Assembly (NCBI GenBank): GCA_041657565.1
Contig: JBBABQ010000001.1
Span: forward strand, 1-56,636
Direction: 5' to 3'
DNA length: 56,636 nucleotides
Source of the DNA: Minisyncoccota bacterium
GTDB taxonomy: Bacteria > Patescibacteriota > Minisyncoccia > Minisyncoccales > JAQTVQ01
This document shows, one piece after another, positions 7,637-15,446 of the stretch. The notes under the pieces are model-generated. The model was not told the DNA's origin, made no database searches, and saw nothing but the letters and a program-made list of their open reading frames with translations. The position numbers were made by a program, and so were the translations under genes. The stretch's first letter is position 1, and each line of letters begins with the position of its first letter.

Positions 7637-9178
7637 ATGGCCTTCGACGAAAAGATCAAAAAATTGGAAAAAGAGCTGAGCGAGCTCGACAGCCCGGAGC
7701 TGGTGGAGAAACAGCATCAGAAAGGGAAGCTCACGGCGCGCGAAAGGATCGAGCTGCTTTTGGATAAAAACAGTTTTGTCGAAATAAATCCTTTTGCCCA
7801 GTCGCGTTTCAACGACTTCGGGATGGACAAGAAAAAATTCCCCGGAGATGCCGTTGTGTCCGGGCTCGGAAAAATAAACGGACGGCAGGTCTGCGTTTAC
7901 AGCCAGGATTTTTCCAAGATCGGCGGATCGCTGGGAGAGATCCACGGACAAAAGATCATTAGCGCGATACAAACGGCCAGGAAGGTCGGCTGTCCCGTGA
8001 TCGGCATCATCGACAGCGGCGGGGCCCGCATCCAGGAAGGCATCGCCAGCCTGGACGGTTATGCCGGCATATTCAAAGAGATGGTGAGGGCGTCGGGCAT
8101 AATCCCGCAAATATCGGTCATACTCGGACCGTCGGCCGGAGGCGCTTCTTACGCGCCCGGCCTTTCCGATTTTATTTTCATGGTCGAAGGGATATCTCAA
8201 ATGTATATAACCGGTCCGGAAGTGATCAAAGCCGTGACCGGAGAAAAAATATCCTTCGACGACCTGGGAGGAGCTTCGGTCCACGCTTTGGAAAGCGGCT
8301 GCGCCCATTTTATTTTCAAAAACGAAAAAGACTGTCTCGAAAGCGTCAGAGGCTTGCTGGAATACCTGCCGCAAAATAATCTGGAAGACCCGCCGGCAGG
8401 GGATTCCATCATCGACACGACCGATCCGAGGCCCGAGCTTCTGAACATCGTTCCCGAAGATGAAAGCAAAGGATATGATATGAAAGAGGTCATCAAAGAA
8501 ATATTCGACTCCGGTTCTTTTCTGGAAGTGCAGGCAGGGTTCGCGGCCAACTCGATCGCCGGTTTCGCCCGCCTTGGCGGACAGACCGTCGGTATCGCGG
8601 CCAATCAAACCAAGCTGATGGCCGGGACTTTGGACGTCGACTCTTCCGACAAGATCGCCCGGTTCGTCAGGCTGTGCGACGCCTTCAATATTCCCGTCAT
8701 CAATCTGATCGATACTCCCGGCTATTTGCCCGGCACCGACCAGGAACACAAAGGGATCATCCGCCACGGCGCCAAGATCCTTTATGCTTACGCCGAAGCC
8801 AGCGTCCCGAAGATCAGCTTGATCATCAGGAAGGCTTTCGGCGGAGCCTATATCGCCATGGCTTCCCGCGAGCTCGGCTACGACAGGGTTATCGCCTGGC
8901 CCTCGGCGCAGATCGGAGTAATGGGCCCGGAACAAGCGGTAAAAATAATCTTCCGCAGGGAACTGGAAAACAGCGACGATCCGGCCAAGGTTGAAAAAGA
9001 AAAGATAGCCGAACTTTCCGAAACTTTCTTAAGCCCTTGGCAGGCGGCCAAGCTCGGAAAACTGGACCTGATAGTAAAACCCCAGGAAACGCGCATGATA
9101 TTGTTCAAACTCCTGGAAGCCCTGCTTAATAAAAGAGAGCCCAAAGCTCCAAGAAAACACGGCAACATCCCTTTGTAA
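7637..9178 (+). CDS. Acyl-CoA carboxylase carboxyltransferase, fused alpha/beta type (PccB / methylmalonyl-CoA carboxyltransferase 12S family)
   Basis: 513 aa. Motifs are GKLTARERIELLLD, IIDSGGARIQEGIASL and NIPVINLIDTPGYLPGTDQEHKGIIRHGAKILYAY. Confidence 0.9.
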   Translation: MAFDEKIKKLEKELSELDSPELVEKQHQKGKLTARERIELLLDKNSFVEINPFAQSRFNDFGMDKKKFPGDAVVSGLGKINGRQVCVYSQDFSKIGGSLGEIHGQKIISAIQTARKVGCPVIGIIDSGGARIQEGIASLDGYAGIFKEMVRASGIIPQISVILGPSAGGASYAPGLSDFIFMVEGISQMYITGPEVIKAVTGEKISFDDLGGASVHALESGCAHFIFKNEKDCLESVRGLLEYLPQNNLEDPPAGDSIIDTTDPRPELLNIVPEDESKGYDMKEVIKEIFDSGSFLEVQAGFAANSIAGFARLGGQTVGIAANQTKLMAGTLDVDSSDKIARFVRLCDAFNIPVINLIDTPGYLPGTDQEHKGIIRHGAKILYAYAEASVPKISLIIRKAFGGAYIAMASRELGYDRVIAWPSAQIGVMGPEQAVKIIFRRELENSDDPAKVEKEKIAELSETFLSPWQAAKLGKLDLIVKPQETRMILFKLLEALLNKREPKAPRKHGNIPL

Positions 9179-9182
9179 AATT

Positions 9183-10049
9183 ATGCTTATCAGCATCATC
9201 ACCGGCCAAAGCGCGTCCCTTCCCAGGGAGATAACGGAACAATATTCCCTGACCATGATCCCTTTTGTCGTTGACTGGGAGGCGGAAAAAAAGAACCTTG
9301 ACCCGAAAAGCATATTCGAGAAAATGGCGGAAGCGGAAGCTGCCGCCGCCGACCTTCCGAAAACTTCCCACCCCGCCCCATGGCTTTTTAAAAAATTCTT
9401 CCAGGAAAAATTAAAAAGCTCCGAGTCCGTCCTTTTCATTTCCATCAGCTCCGGTTTATCGGCGACATTCCAAGCGGCTTCCGTCGGACGGGAGATGCTT
9501 GATCCCGCGGAAAAAGAAAAAACTTTCATTTTCGATTGCCGAAACGTAAGCATAGGGGAGGGGTTGATAGCCATCAAAGCGGCAGAGCTGGCGGCTCAAG
9601 GAAAAAGCATAAAGGAGTTGATCGAAGGTTTGGAGAAATTCCGTTCCAAGGTCTCTCTCGTGGCCTGTTTTAAAGATCTGAAATGGATAGAGAGGGGGGG
9701 AAGAATAAGCAAGATATTAGCCTCCGCTCTCTCTCAAGCCAAAAAGATCGGCATAAGCCCGGTCTTCGGCGTTAAAAACGGGGAGGTTACGGCTGTTAAC
9801 TTCAATTTTGGCAAAGACATCTCCGCCTTGACCATTTTCAACATCTGCGAAAAAGAAAACCGGGGCAAGAAAGTAAGGATAGCCATAGCCCACGCCCAAA
9901 ATGAAGAAGCGGCCAAAGAGTTGGAGAGAATGATAAAAGAAAAAATGCCTTCGGCTAAAATAGAATTTATTTCCGTCCTGGATAATATCATCGGCATTCA
10001 TGCCGGACCTGGCGCTTTGCTTTGCGCTTGGCACGAACTCGACTCCTAA
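9183..10049 (+). CDS. DegV family fatty-acid-binding protein (FakB-like)
   Basis: 288 aa. The N-terminus ISIITGQSASLPREITEQYSLTMIPFVV has DegV-like organisation, and the C-terminus has GIHAGPGALLCAW. Confidence 0.75.
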   Translation: MLISIITGQSASLPREITEQYSLTMIPFVVDWEAEKKNLDPKSIFEKMAEAEAAAADLPKTSHPAPWLFKKFFQEKLKSSESVLFISISSGLSATFQAASVGREMLDPAEKEKTFIFDCRNVSIGEGLIAIKAAELAAQGKSIKELIEGLEKFRSKVSLVACFKDLKWIERGGRISKILASALSQAKKIGISPVFGVKNGEVTAVNFNFGKDISALTIFNICEKENRGKKVRIAIAHAQNEEAAKELERMIKEKMPSAKIEFISVLDNIIGIHAGPGALLCAWHELDS

Positions 10050-10051
10050 TT

Positions 10052-10723
10052 ATGGATATTTTCATCTCTTGTCTGTTAATAGCCCTGGTCTCTTACGTTC
10101 TTGGATCGATCCCGGGAGCGGTTGTGGTCGGGGGGCTGTTCACCAAAAAAAATTTTGAAAAAGAAGAAAGCGGGAACCTCGGAGCGACAAACGCCCTGAG
10201 GATCGTAAGCAAAGAAAAAGGCAAATTCCTCGGAGCGGCGGCTTTTTCCCTTGTTTTTATCTTTGACGCCTCAAAGGCGGTCGCAGCCTGTTTTATCGCG
10301 CAAACCCTTATTCCTGATAATATCGCCGCCGTGACCTTGGCCACTTTTTTCACGGTGGTCGGGCACAATTATTCCATTTTCCTTAAATTCCACGGGGGGC
10401 GCGGAGCCGCGTCCCTGATAGGGATCCTTATTTATCTGGATTACAAAATGTTCTTGGTCTGGTTCGGGACCTTCCTGCTGTCCGCGATAGTTTTTGAGAT
10501 CGTTGAAAGCAAAAAGATCGACAAAAAACTGGTGGTCAGGGCCATAGACAAACAGATCATAGGCAGGCTGGCAGGGGAGGTCCTTGCCCTGGTCCCGATC
10601 TACTTTCTCGACAAGATCGTTTTCTGGCCGACCCTTGCCGTCACTCCATTAATATTGATCAGGCACAAAGAACGGGTCTTAAAACAGATAGAAGAAAGAG
10701 ATAACCAGCGTCTCAATAACTGA
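10052..10723 (+). CDS. plsY: Glycerol-3-phosphate acyltransferase PlsY
   Basis: Motifs are GSIPGAVVV, ESGNLGATNALR and GHNYSIFLKFHGGRGAAS. I prefer ATG 10052 (2 nt after the DegV stop) to the TTG at 10022 in the ORF track. Confidence 0.8.
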   Translation: MDIFISCLLIALVSYVLGSIPGAVVVGGLFTKKNFEKEESGNLGATNALRIVSKEKGKFLGAAAFSLVFIFDASKAVAACFIAQTLIPDNIAAVTLATFFTVVGHNYSIFLKFHGGRGAASLIGILIYLDYKMFLVWFGTFLLSAIVFEIVESKKIDKKLVVRAIDKQIIGRLAGEVLALVPIYFLDKIVFWPTLAVTPLILIRHKERVLKQIEERDNQRLNN

Positions 10724-10725
10724 TA

Positions 10726-11397
10726 ATGGATAGCGAGGTCCTAAAAATATTCTTGGCCTTAACAGCCTCCTACCTGATGGGGTCTTTCCCTTCAGGCTAT
10801 TTGATCTCCAAAAAGGTCGCCAAAAAGAACATTCTGGAGGTAGGATGGAAAAAATCTTCCGGCAGTAATGTTTATAAGAACATCGGCCGTTTCGCGGGGA
10901 TAGCTACCGGCCTGATAGATATAAGCAAGGGAGTCCTGGCGATCTGGCTGGCCCAATATCTCGGCCTAGGACAATGGGGCCAGATCTTTTGCGGCTTGGC
11001 AGCGGTCATAGGGCATAATTGGTCTGTTTTTCTGGGTTTTGCCGGAGGCCGGGGCATCGGCACTTTCGGCGGAGCTCTGGCAGCGTTCTCCCCTTGGCTT
11101 TTCGCCTGGGCCGTTTTACTCTTTGCCGCCTCCTCCTTGGTCTGGACCGGGTCGATAGGAACCATCCTGGCTTTCTTTTTAAGCGCTTGGCTGGCCTTCA
11201 ATGTCTATGGATCTCCGTCCGCCGGATGGTTCTCTCTGCTTGTAATGGTCCCCGTTTTCATTAAAAGGTTAAGCCCCATAAAAGAAGTGATCCACGCCAG
11301 CGGAGAGGGAAAAACCAAACTCATCAAAAACCGCCTGATTTTCGATCAGGACGAAGTACCGCCTTTGCGGATACCGTTCTTAAAACCTAAAGCTTGA
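10726..11397 (+). CDS. PlsY paralog with degenerate first motif
   Basis: Motifs GSFPSGYLI and GHNWSVFLGFAGGRGIGT are present. The GATN motif is replaced by SGSNVYKN. The stop TGA (11395-11397) lies inside the first cttgaaac repeat unit. Confidence 0.7.
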   Translation: MDSEVLKIFLALTASYLMGSFPSGYLISKKVAKKNILEVGWKKSSGSNVYKNIGRFAGIATGLIDISKGVLAIWLAQYLGLGQWGQIFCGLAAVIGHNWSVFLGFAGGRGIGTFGGALAAFSPWLFAWAVLLFAASSLVWTGSIGTILAFFLSAWLAFNVYGSPSAGWFSLLVMVPVFIKRLSPIKEVIHASGEGKTKLIKNRLIFDQDEVPPLRIPFLKPKA

Positions 11398-11511
11398 AAC
11401 TTGAAACATTCGGTTTCCGTCCTTTCAGAGGCTTGAGACCCTCCGAATAGATAAATATCCTTGACGGCTCCGCCTGCCAAAAGTTATAGGGTTCAAGTTT
11501 CAGGTTTCAGG
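11391..11511. repeat. CTTGAAAC-family composite hairpin, copy 1
   Basis: The 5' arm is agcttgaaacttgaaacattcgg. The inner stem is attcgg...ccgaat. The 3' arm is gttcaagtttcaggtttcagg. Confidence 0.65.
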
Positions 11512-11565
11512 ACAGTGCGTTGCCTTTTTGGCTTTTTTTTGATAAACTGGGAACTAGCAAATTCA

Positions 11566-11638
11566 GCCCCCGTGGTGTAATGGATAACATGTCTGCCTTC
11601 GAAGCAGAAGATTGCAGGTTCGACTCCTGCCGAGGGCA
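11566..11638 (+). tRNA. tRNA-Arg (anticodon TCG), CCA not encoded
   Basis: Hand-folded cloverleaf. The acceptor is GCCCCCG/CGAGGGC (one C-A mismatch) and the D arm is GTGT-AATGGATA-ACAT. The anticodon arm is TCTGC-CTTCGAA-GCAGA and the T arm is GCAGG-TTCGACT-CCTGC. The discriminator is A. Confidence 0.85.
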
Positions 11639-11656
11639 CGTGTCCTGGAACGCGAA

Positions 11657-11771
11657 CCCTGAAACTTGAAACATCCGGCTCTCTGGCATTACAGGGTCAG
11701 AGACTGCCCGGATGGCAACATCCTAAAATAAGGTTATTTGCAAAGGTTTCAGGTTCCAAGTTTCAGGTTCC
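11657..11771. repeat. CTTGAAAC-family composite hairpin, copy 2
   Basis: The 5' arm is ccctgaaacttgaaacatccgg. The inner stem is catccgg...ccggatg. The 3' arm is ggtttcaggttccaagtttcaggttcc, ending 11 nt before ATG 11783. Confidence 0.65.
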
Positions 11772-11782
11772 AAAAAAACAAT

Positions 11783-12262
11783 ATGACCATCTTGACTAAA
11801 GCCAATAAAAAGTTCATCCTATTGCTGGGAGCTTTGTCTCTGTTTTTATTTTTAGGAACAAGCGTTCTGGCCCAAGCCCCGGCGCGCACCGGCTGCCCCG
11901 CGGCGGATCAAGGATTCGTTCCTTGCGGGAACATGGTTTGCGACAATAATGGCGTATGCGACGATACTTGCCCTTGCGGATTATGCGACCTGTTCGACAT
12001 GATCAACCGGATCGTCAAGTTCATCATGATAAATATCGTCCCGATAGTGGCAGTGTTGTTCATCGCTTATGGCGGATTCAATTATGTCATTTCCGCCGGA
12101 GACGAAGCAAAATTAAAAAAATCCAAGGATACCTTTACTACGGTGGCGATAGGGCTCGTGATAGTTTATGGGGCCTGGATGGCGGTAGGATTTGCATTAG
12201 ATATGATCGGCGTAGCCACCTGGACCGGACTGGGAAACTGGTACCAGATCGACTGCAATTGA
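11783..12262 (+). CDS. VirB2/TrbC-like T4SS pilin-type protein (signal peptide, Cys-rich segment, two TM helices)
   Basis: From ATG 11783 the translation is MTILTKANKKFILLLGALSLFLFLGTSVLAQAP...GFVPCGNMVCDNNGVCDDTCPCGLCDLFDMINRIVKFIMINIVPIVAVLFIAYGGFNYVISAGDEAKLKKSK...IGLVIVYGAWMAV. The VPCG...CxxCdlf pattern followed by a 2-TM hairpin matches the CPR T4SS_pilin family as I recall it. Confidence 0.7.
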   Translation: MTILTKANKKFILLLGALSLFLFLGTSVLAQAPARTGCPAADQGFVPCGNMVCDNNGVCDDTCPCGLCDLFDMINRIVKFIMINIVPIVAVLFIAYGGFNYVISAGDEAKLKKSKDTFTTVAIGLVIVYGAWMAVGFALDMIGVATWTGLGNWYQIDCN

Positions 12263-12274
12263 TAAATAGGCCTT

Positions 12275-12347
12275 GCCCTCATAGCTCAATTGGTAGAGCA
12301 CTTGCCTCTTAAGCAATTGGTTACAGGTTCGAGTCCTGTTGAGGGCA
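12275..12347 (+). tRNA. tRNA-Lys (anticodon CTT), CCA not encoded
   Basis: The acceptor is GCCCTCA/TGAGGGC and the D arm is GCTC-AATTGGTA-GAGC. The anticodon loop is CTCTTAA and the T arm is ACAGG-TTCGAGT-CCTGT. The discriminator is A. Confidence 0.9.
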
Positions 12348-12365
12348 CAGCATTTCTTGGAACGT

Positions 12366-12455
12366 GAAGCCTGAAGCTTGAAACATTCGGTCATAGTCCC
12401 TTCCGAGGCCCGGATCGGACCCAAAGGTTTTAAGTTTCAAGTTTTATGTTTCGAG
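12366..12455. repeat. CTTGAAAC-family composite hairpin, copy 3
   Basis: The 5' arm is gaagcctgaagcttgaaacattcgg. The 3' arm is ggttttaagtttcaagttttatgtttcgag. Confidence 0.6.
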
Positions 12456-12536
12456 AAAGGAACCGATGCGAAGCCGGCCTTCGCGGCGAAGCAACGGAGA
12501 TGATAAGAAGAATAATAAAAAAACATAAAAAACACT

Positions 12537-12797
12537 ATGTTCAAAACAGAAGATAAATTAAAAGTCATTGAAGAATACAGAGTAAACGAAAAAGACACCG
12601 GATCGGTGGATGTGCAAATAGCCTTGCTGACCGAAGAGATCAAAAGGCTTTTGGAACATTTTAAGACCCACAAAAAAGATCTTCACTCCAAGCGCGGCCT
12701 CCTGAAAATGGTAGCCAAAAGAAGAAAGCTTTTAAAGGTTTTGGCCAAGGAAGACGAAAAAAGGCATAACTCTTTAGTAAAAAAGTTAGGCCTCTAA
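12537..12797 (+). CDS. rpsO: 30S ribosomal protein S15
   Basis: 86 aa, with DTGSVDVQIALLTEEIKRLLEHFKTHKKDLHSKRGLLKMVAKRRKLL. Confidence 0.9.
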   Translation: MFKTEDKLKVIEEYRVNEKDTGSVDVQIALLTEEIKRLLEHFKTHKKDLHSKRGLLKMVAKRRKLLKVLAKEDEKRHNSLVKKLGL

Positions 12798-12801
12798 AAT
12801 A

Positions 12802-13308
12802 ATGCCAAAGCTTGGACAAAAAGAACAAAGAGTGGCAGTGCTTATCGACATTCAGAACATGTATTATTCCGCCCGGAACTTGTACCAGGCCAAGGTTAAT
12901 TTTGCCGAGTTGCTTAAAGCCGCCGTTAACGGCCGAAAGCTTATCCGCGCCATCGCCTACGTGATCAAAAGCGAAAGCCAGGACTCGGACGCTTTTTTCA
13001 AGGCCCTGTCCCATATCGGGATAGAATTGAAAACGAAAGATCTCCAGATCTTTCCCGGAGGCCTGAAAAAAGGGGATTGGGACGTCGGCATCGCGATGGA
13101 TGCCGTAAGGCTGAGCACTTCTGTAGATACGATCGTTCTAGTTTCCGGCGACGGAGACTTTTTGCCGTTGATAGACTACATCAAAAACGCCACGCCGACC
13201 CGCGTGGAAATAATGGGGTTCGGAAGGACCACTTCCGGCAGAGTAAAAGAAGTTGCGGATTATTATACTGATCTCGACGAAAACAAGCAAAAATATCTAA
13301 TACCTTAA
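12802..13308 (+). CDS. NYN-domain (LabA/DUF88-like) predicted ribonuclease
   Basis: 168 aa, with VAVLIDIQNMYYSA...GDWDVGIAMDAV...TIVLVSGDGDFLPLIDYIK. This is the acidic-residue pattern of NYN/PIN-like nucleases. Confidence 0.8.
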   Translation: MPKLGQKEQRVAVLIDIQNMYYSARNLYQAKVNFAELLKAAVNGRKLIRAIAYVIKSESQDSDAFFKALSHIGIELKTKDLQIFPGGLKKGDWDVGIAMDAVRLSTSVDTIVLVSGDGDFLPLIDYIKNATPTRVEIMGFGRTTSGRVKEVADYYTDLDENKQKYLIP

Positions 13309-13312
13309 TTTT

Positions 13313-15415
13313 ATGGAAGACAAAATTTTTAAATTAGAGATCGGCGGGAGGACACTTGAGGTCAATACCCGCAACCTGGCAAGGAACGCCAACGGATCGG
13401 TTTTGGTCAAATACGGAGACACAACCGTTTTGGCTACTTGCGTAATGTCTAAAAAACCATTGGAAAAAATGGACTTTTTCCCTTTGATGGTCGAGTATTC
13501 CGAACGGTATTACGCCGCTGGAAAAATTTTAGGGTCCAGATTCATCCGCAGAGAAGGAAGGCCTACCGATGAAGCCATTTTAATTTCCAGGATAATTGAT
13601 CGCACTGTTCGCCCTCTTTTTCCGGCAAACCTCAAACGCGAAGTCCAGATAGTCATCACTTGCTTGTCTTGGGACGGAGAAAACGATCCCGCGACCTTAG
13701 GCCTTTTTGCCGCTTCGCTCGGCCTCTTGATCTCAGATATACCTTGGAACGGACCGACAGCCGCAGTCCGGCTTTCCAAAAACGAACAGATCAAACTTTT
13801 CCCGAATTACCAAGAGAGGGAAGAAGGCATATATGATATGATCGTGGCCGGAGTTGATTCCGAAAAAGGGATCCTCGTTAACATGATCGAGGGCCAGGCA
13901 AAAGAAGCTCCGGAACAAGCTATTTTCGAAGCTTTCGATTTTGCCAAGCCGCAAATAAAAAGTTTGCTCGATCTCCAAAAAACCATCCAGAAAGAGATAG
14001 GCAAAGAAAAAATAAAAATAACCGAGAGGGAGGCGGATAAAAATTTCGAAGACGGCGTAAAAGGATTCCTGTCCGGGAAAGTCGAACAGGCCATGATGGC
14101 CTCGACAGATGAAAACGGCTCGGAATATTCCTTGTCTGACCTTAAAAACGAGCTGAAAGAATTTTTGAAAGACCAGGACCAGGAAAAATTGAACTACGGC
14201 AGCGAAATTTTTGAAAAGGAAGTGGAAAAAACCTTTGAAGACAATATTTTAAAAAATGAAAGAAGACCGGACGGCAGGAAACTCGATCAAGTAAGAGAGC
14301 TCTCTTGCGAAGTGGGATTATTGCCCCGTATCCACGGCTGCGGGTTATTCTCCCGCGGAGAGACAAGCGCTCTGTCTGTCCTGACTTTGGGAGCCCCGGG
14401 CGACCAAAAATTAATGGATGGAATGGAAGTAAGAGGCAAAAAAAGATTCATGCATCATTATAATTTTCTGCCTTACTGCACCGGAGAAGTGAAGCCTATG
14501 CGCGGAACCGGACGCCGCGAAGTAGGCCATGGAATGCTTGGCGAAAAAGCCATCTTGCCAATGCTTCCAAACGTTGAAGACTTTCCTTACACCATCAGGA
14601 TCGTTTCCGAGGTCCTTTCTTCTAACGGATCATCCTCCATGGCTTCAACTTGCGCCGCAAGCTTAGCTTTAATGGACGGCGGCGTGCCGATCAAGAGACC
14701 GGTAGCCGGCATTGCCATGGGATTGGTCACCGATGGAGAAAAATATAAAATTCTGACCGATATCCAGGGTCCGGAAGATCATCACGGACATATGGATTTT
14801 AAAGTAGCCGGAACGAAAGATGGCGTAAATGCCATCCAGCTTGATGTAAAAACATTAGGATTGACCAAACAAATATTGGAAGAAACTTTATTAGGAGCGA
14901 AAAAAGCCAGAGAAGAAATCTTGGCCCAGATGCAAAGAACCATAGCGGCTCCCCGTGCGGAACTTTCTCCGTTCGCCCCGAGAATATTCGTATTTGTCAT
15001 CAAACCGGACAAGATCAGAGAGGTCATCGGTCCAGGCGGAAAAGTGATCAACGAAATAATCGACGCATGCGGAGTTTCCATTGACATCGAAGATGATGGA
15101 AAGGTTTTCATCACCGGCGAGAACGAAGAATCGGCCAAAAAAGCTTTGGAATGGGTCAAGAACATAGTTCACGAAGTGGAAGTAGGGGAGATGTTCCAGG
15201 GGAAAGTGAAAAGAATACTGGACTTTGGCGCATTCGTGGAATTTTTGCCCGGCCAGGAAGGCATGGTGCACATCTCCCAGCTCGCTCTTCAGCGCGTTGA
15301 AAAGGTAACGGATGTGGTAAATCTCGGCGATATCATACCTGTAAAAGTCATCTCTATTGACCAGCAGGGCCGAATCAATTTATCATTAAAAGAAGCGAAG
15401 GGAAATTCCAAATAA
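13313..15415 (+). CDS. pnp: Polyribonucleotide nucleotidyltransferase (PNPase)
   Basis: 700 aa with two RNase PH domains (GPEDHHGHMDFKVAGT). The KH domain has IREVIGPGGKVINEI and the S1 domain has GKVKRILDFGAFVEF. Confidence 0.95.
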   Translation: MEDKIFKLEIGGRTLEVNTRNLARNANGSVLVKYGDTTVLATCVMSKKPLEKMDFFPLMVEYSERYYAAGKILGSRFIRREGRPTDEAILISRIIDRTVRPLFPANLKREVQIVITCLSWDGENDPATLGLFAASLGLLISDIPWNGPTAAVRLSKNEQIKLFPNYQEREEGIYDMIVAGVDSEKGILVNMIEGQAKEAPEQAIFEAFDFAKPQIKSLLDLQKTIQKEIGKEKIKITEREADKNFEDGVKGFLSGKVEQAMMASTDENGSEYSLSDLKNELKEFLKDQDQEKLNYGSEIFEKEVEKTFEDNILKNERRPDGRKLDQVRELSCEVGLLPRIHGCGLFSRGETSALSVLTLGAPGDQKLMDGMEVRGKKRFMHHYNFLPYCTGEVKPMRGTGRREVGHGMLGEKAILPMLPNVEDFPYTIRIVSEVLSSNGSSSMASTCAASLALMDGGVPIKRPVAGIAMGLVTDGEKYKILTDIQGPEDHHGHMDFKVAGTKDGVNAIQLDVKTLGLTKQILEETLLGAKKAREEILAQMQRTIAAPRAELSPFAPRIFVFVIKPDKIREVIGPGGKVINEIIDACGVSIDIEDDGKVFITGENEESAKKALEWVKNIVHEVEVGEMFQGKVKRILDFGAFVEFLPGQEGMVHISQLALQRVEKVTDVVNLGDIIPVKVISIDQQGRINLSLKEAKGNSK

Positions 15416-15446
15416 AAATCAATTCTAAATTTTTGGCAAGCTTCTT

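Noticed and set aside
7613-8935. Very long antisense ORFs opposite well-supported genes. Examples are 7613-8935 (440 aa), 21201-22091, 19313-20089, 3675-4397, 27859-28500, 32407-33036, 17219-17866, 55060-55611 and 56070-56636.
   Set aside because: Each lies fully inside a gene with strong family motifs. They have R/G/D/F-rich low-information composition and no recognisable domains. They are in the codon-aligned antisense frame, where stops require sense TTA/CTA/TCA codons. I interpret them as shadow ORFs caused by codon bias, not as overlapping genes.
10022-10051. Upstream non-ATG starts suggested by the ORF track: 10022 for plsY, 6454 for accB, 11738 for the pilin, 32359 for the Cys-rich protein, 49312 for tsaE, 53285 for the second response regulator and 30189 for the small membrane protein.
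   Set aside because: In each case an internal ATG gives a protein that begins at the expected family N-terminus or signal peptide. It also removes the overlap with the upstream gene or repeat.
11507-11689. Track ORFs overlapping the tRNA genes on the opposite strand (11507-11689 and 12197-12424).
   Set aside because: They are fully explained by the tRNA-Arg and tRNA-Lys cloverleaves and the flanking repeats. They are short and have no motif.
11391-12455. tRNA-flanked pilin islet considered as an integrated mobile element or prophage remnant.
   Set aside because: No integrase, excisionase or direct repeat of a tRNA 3' end is visible, and only one cargo gene is present. I kept it as a synteny question, not as a mobile-element call.
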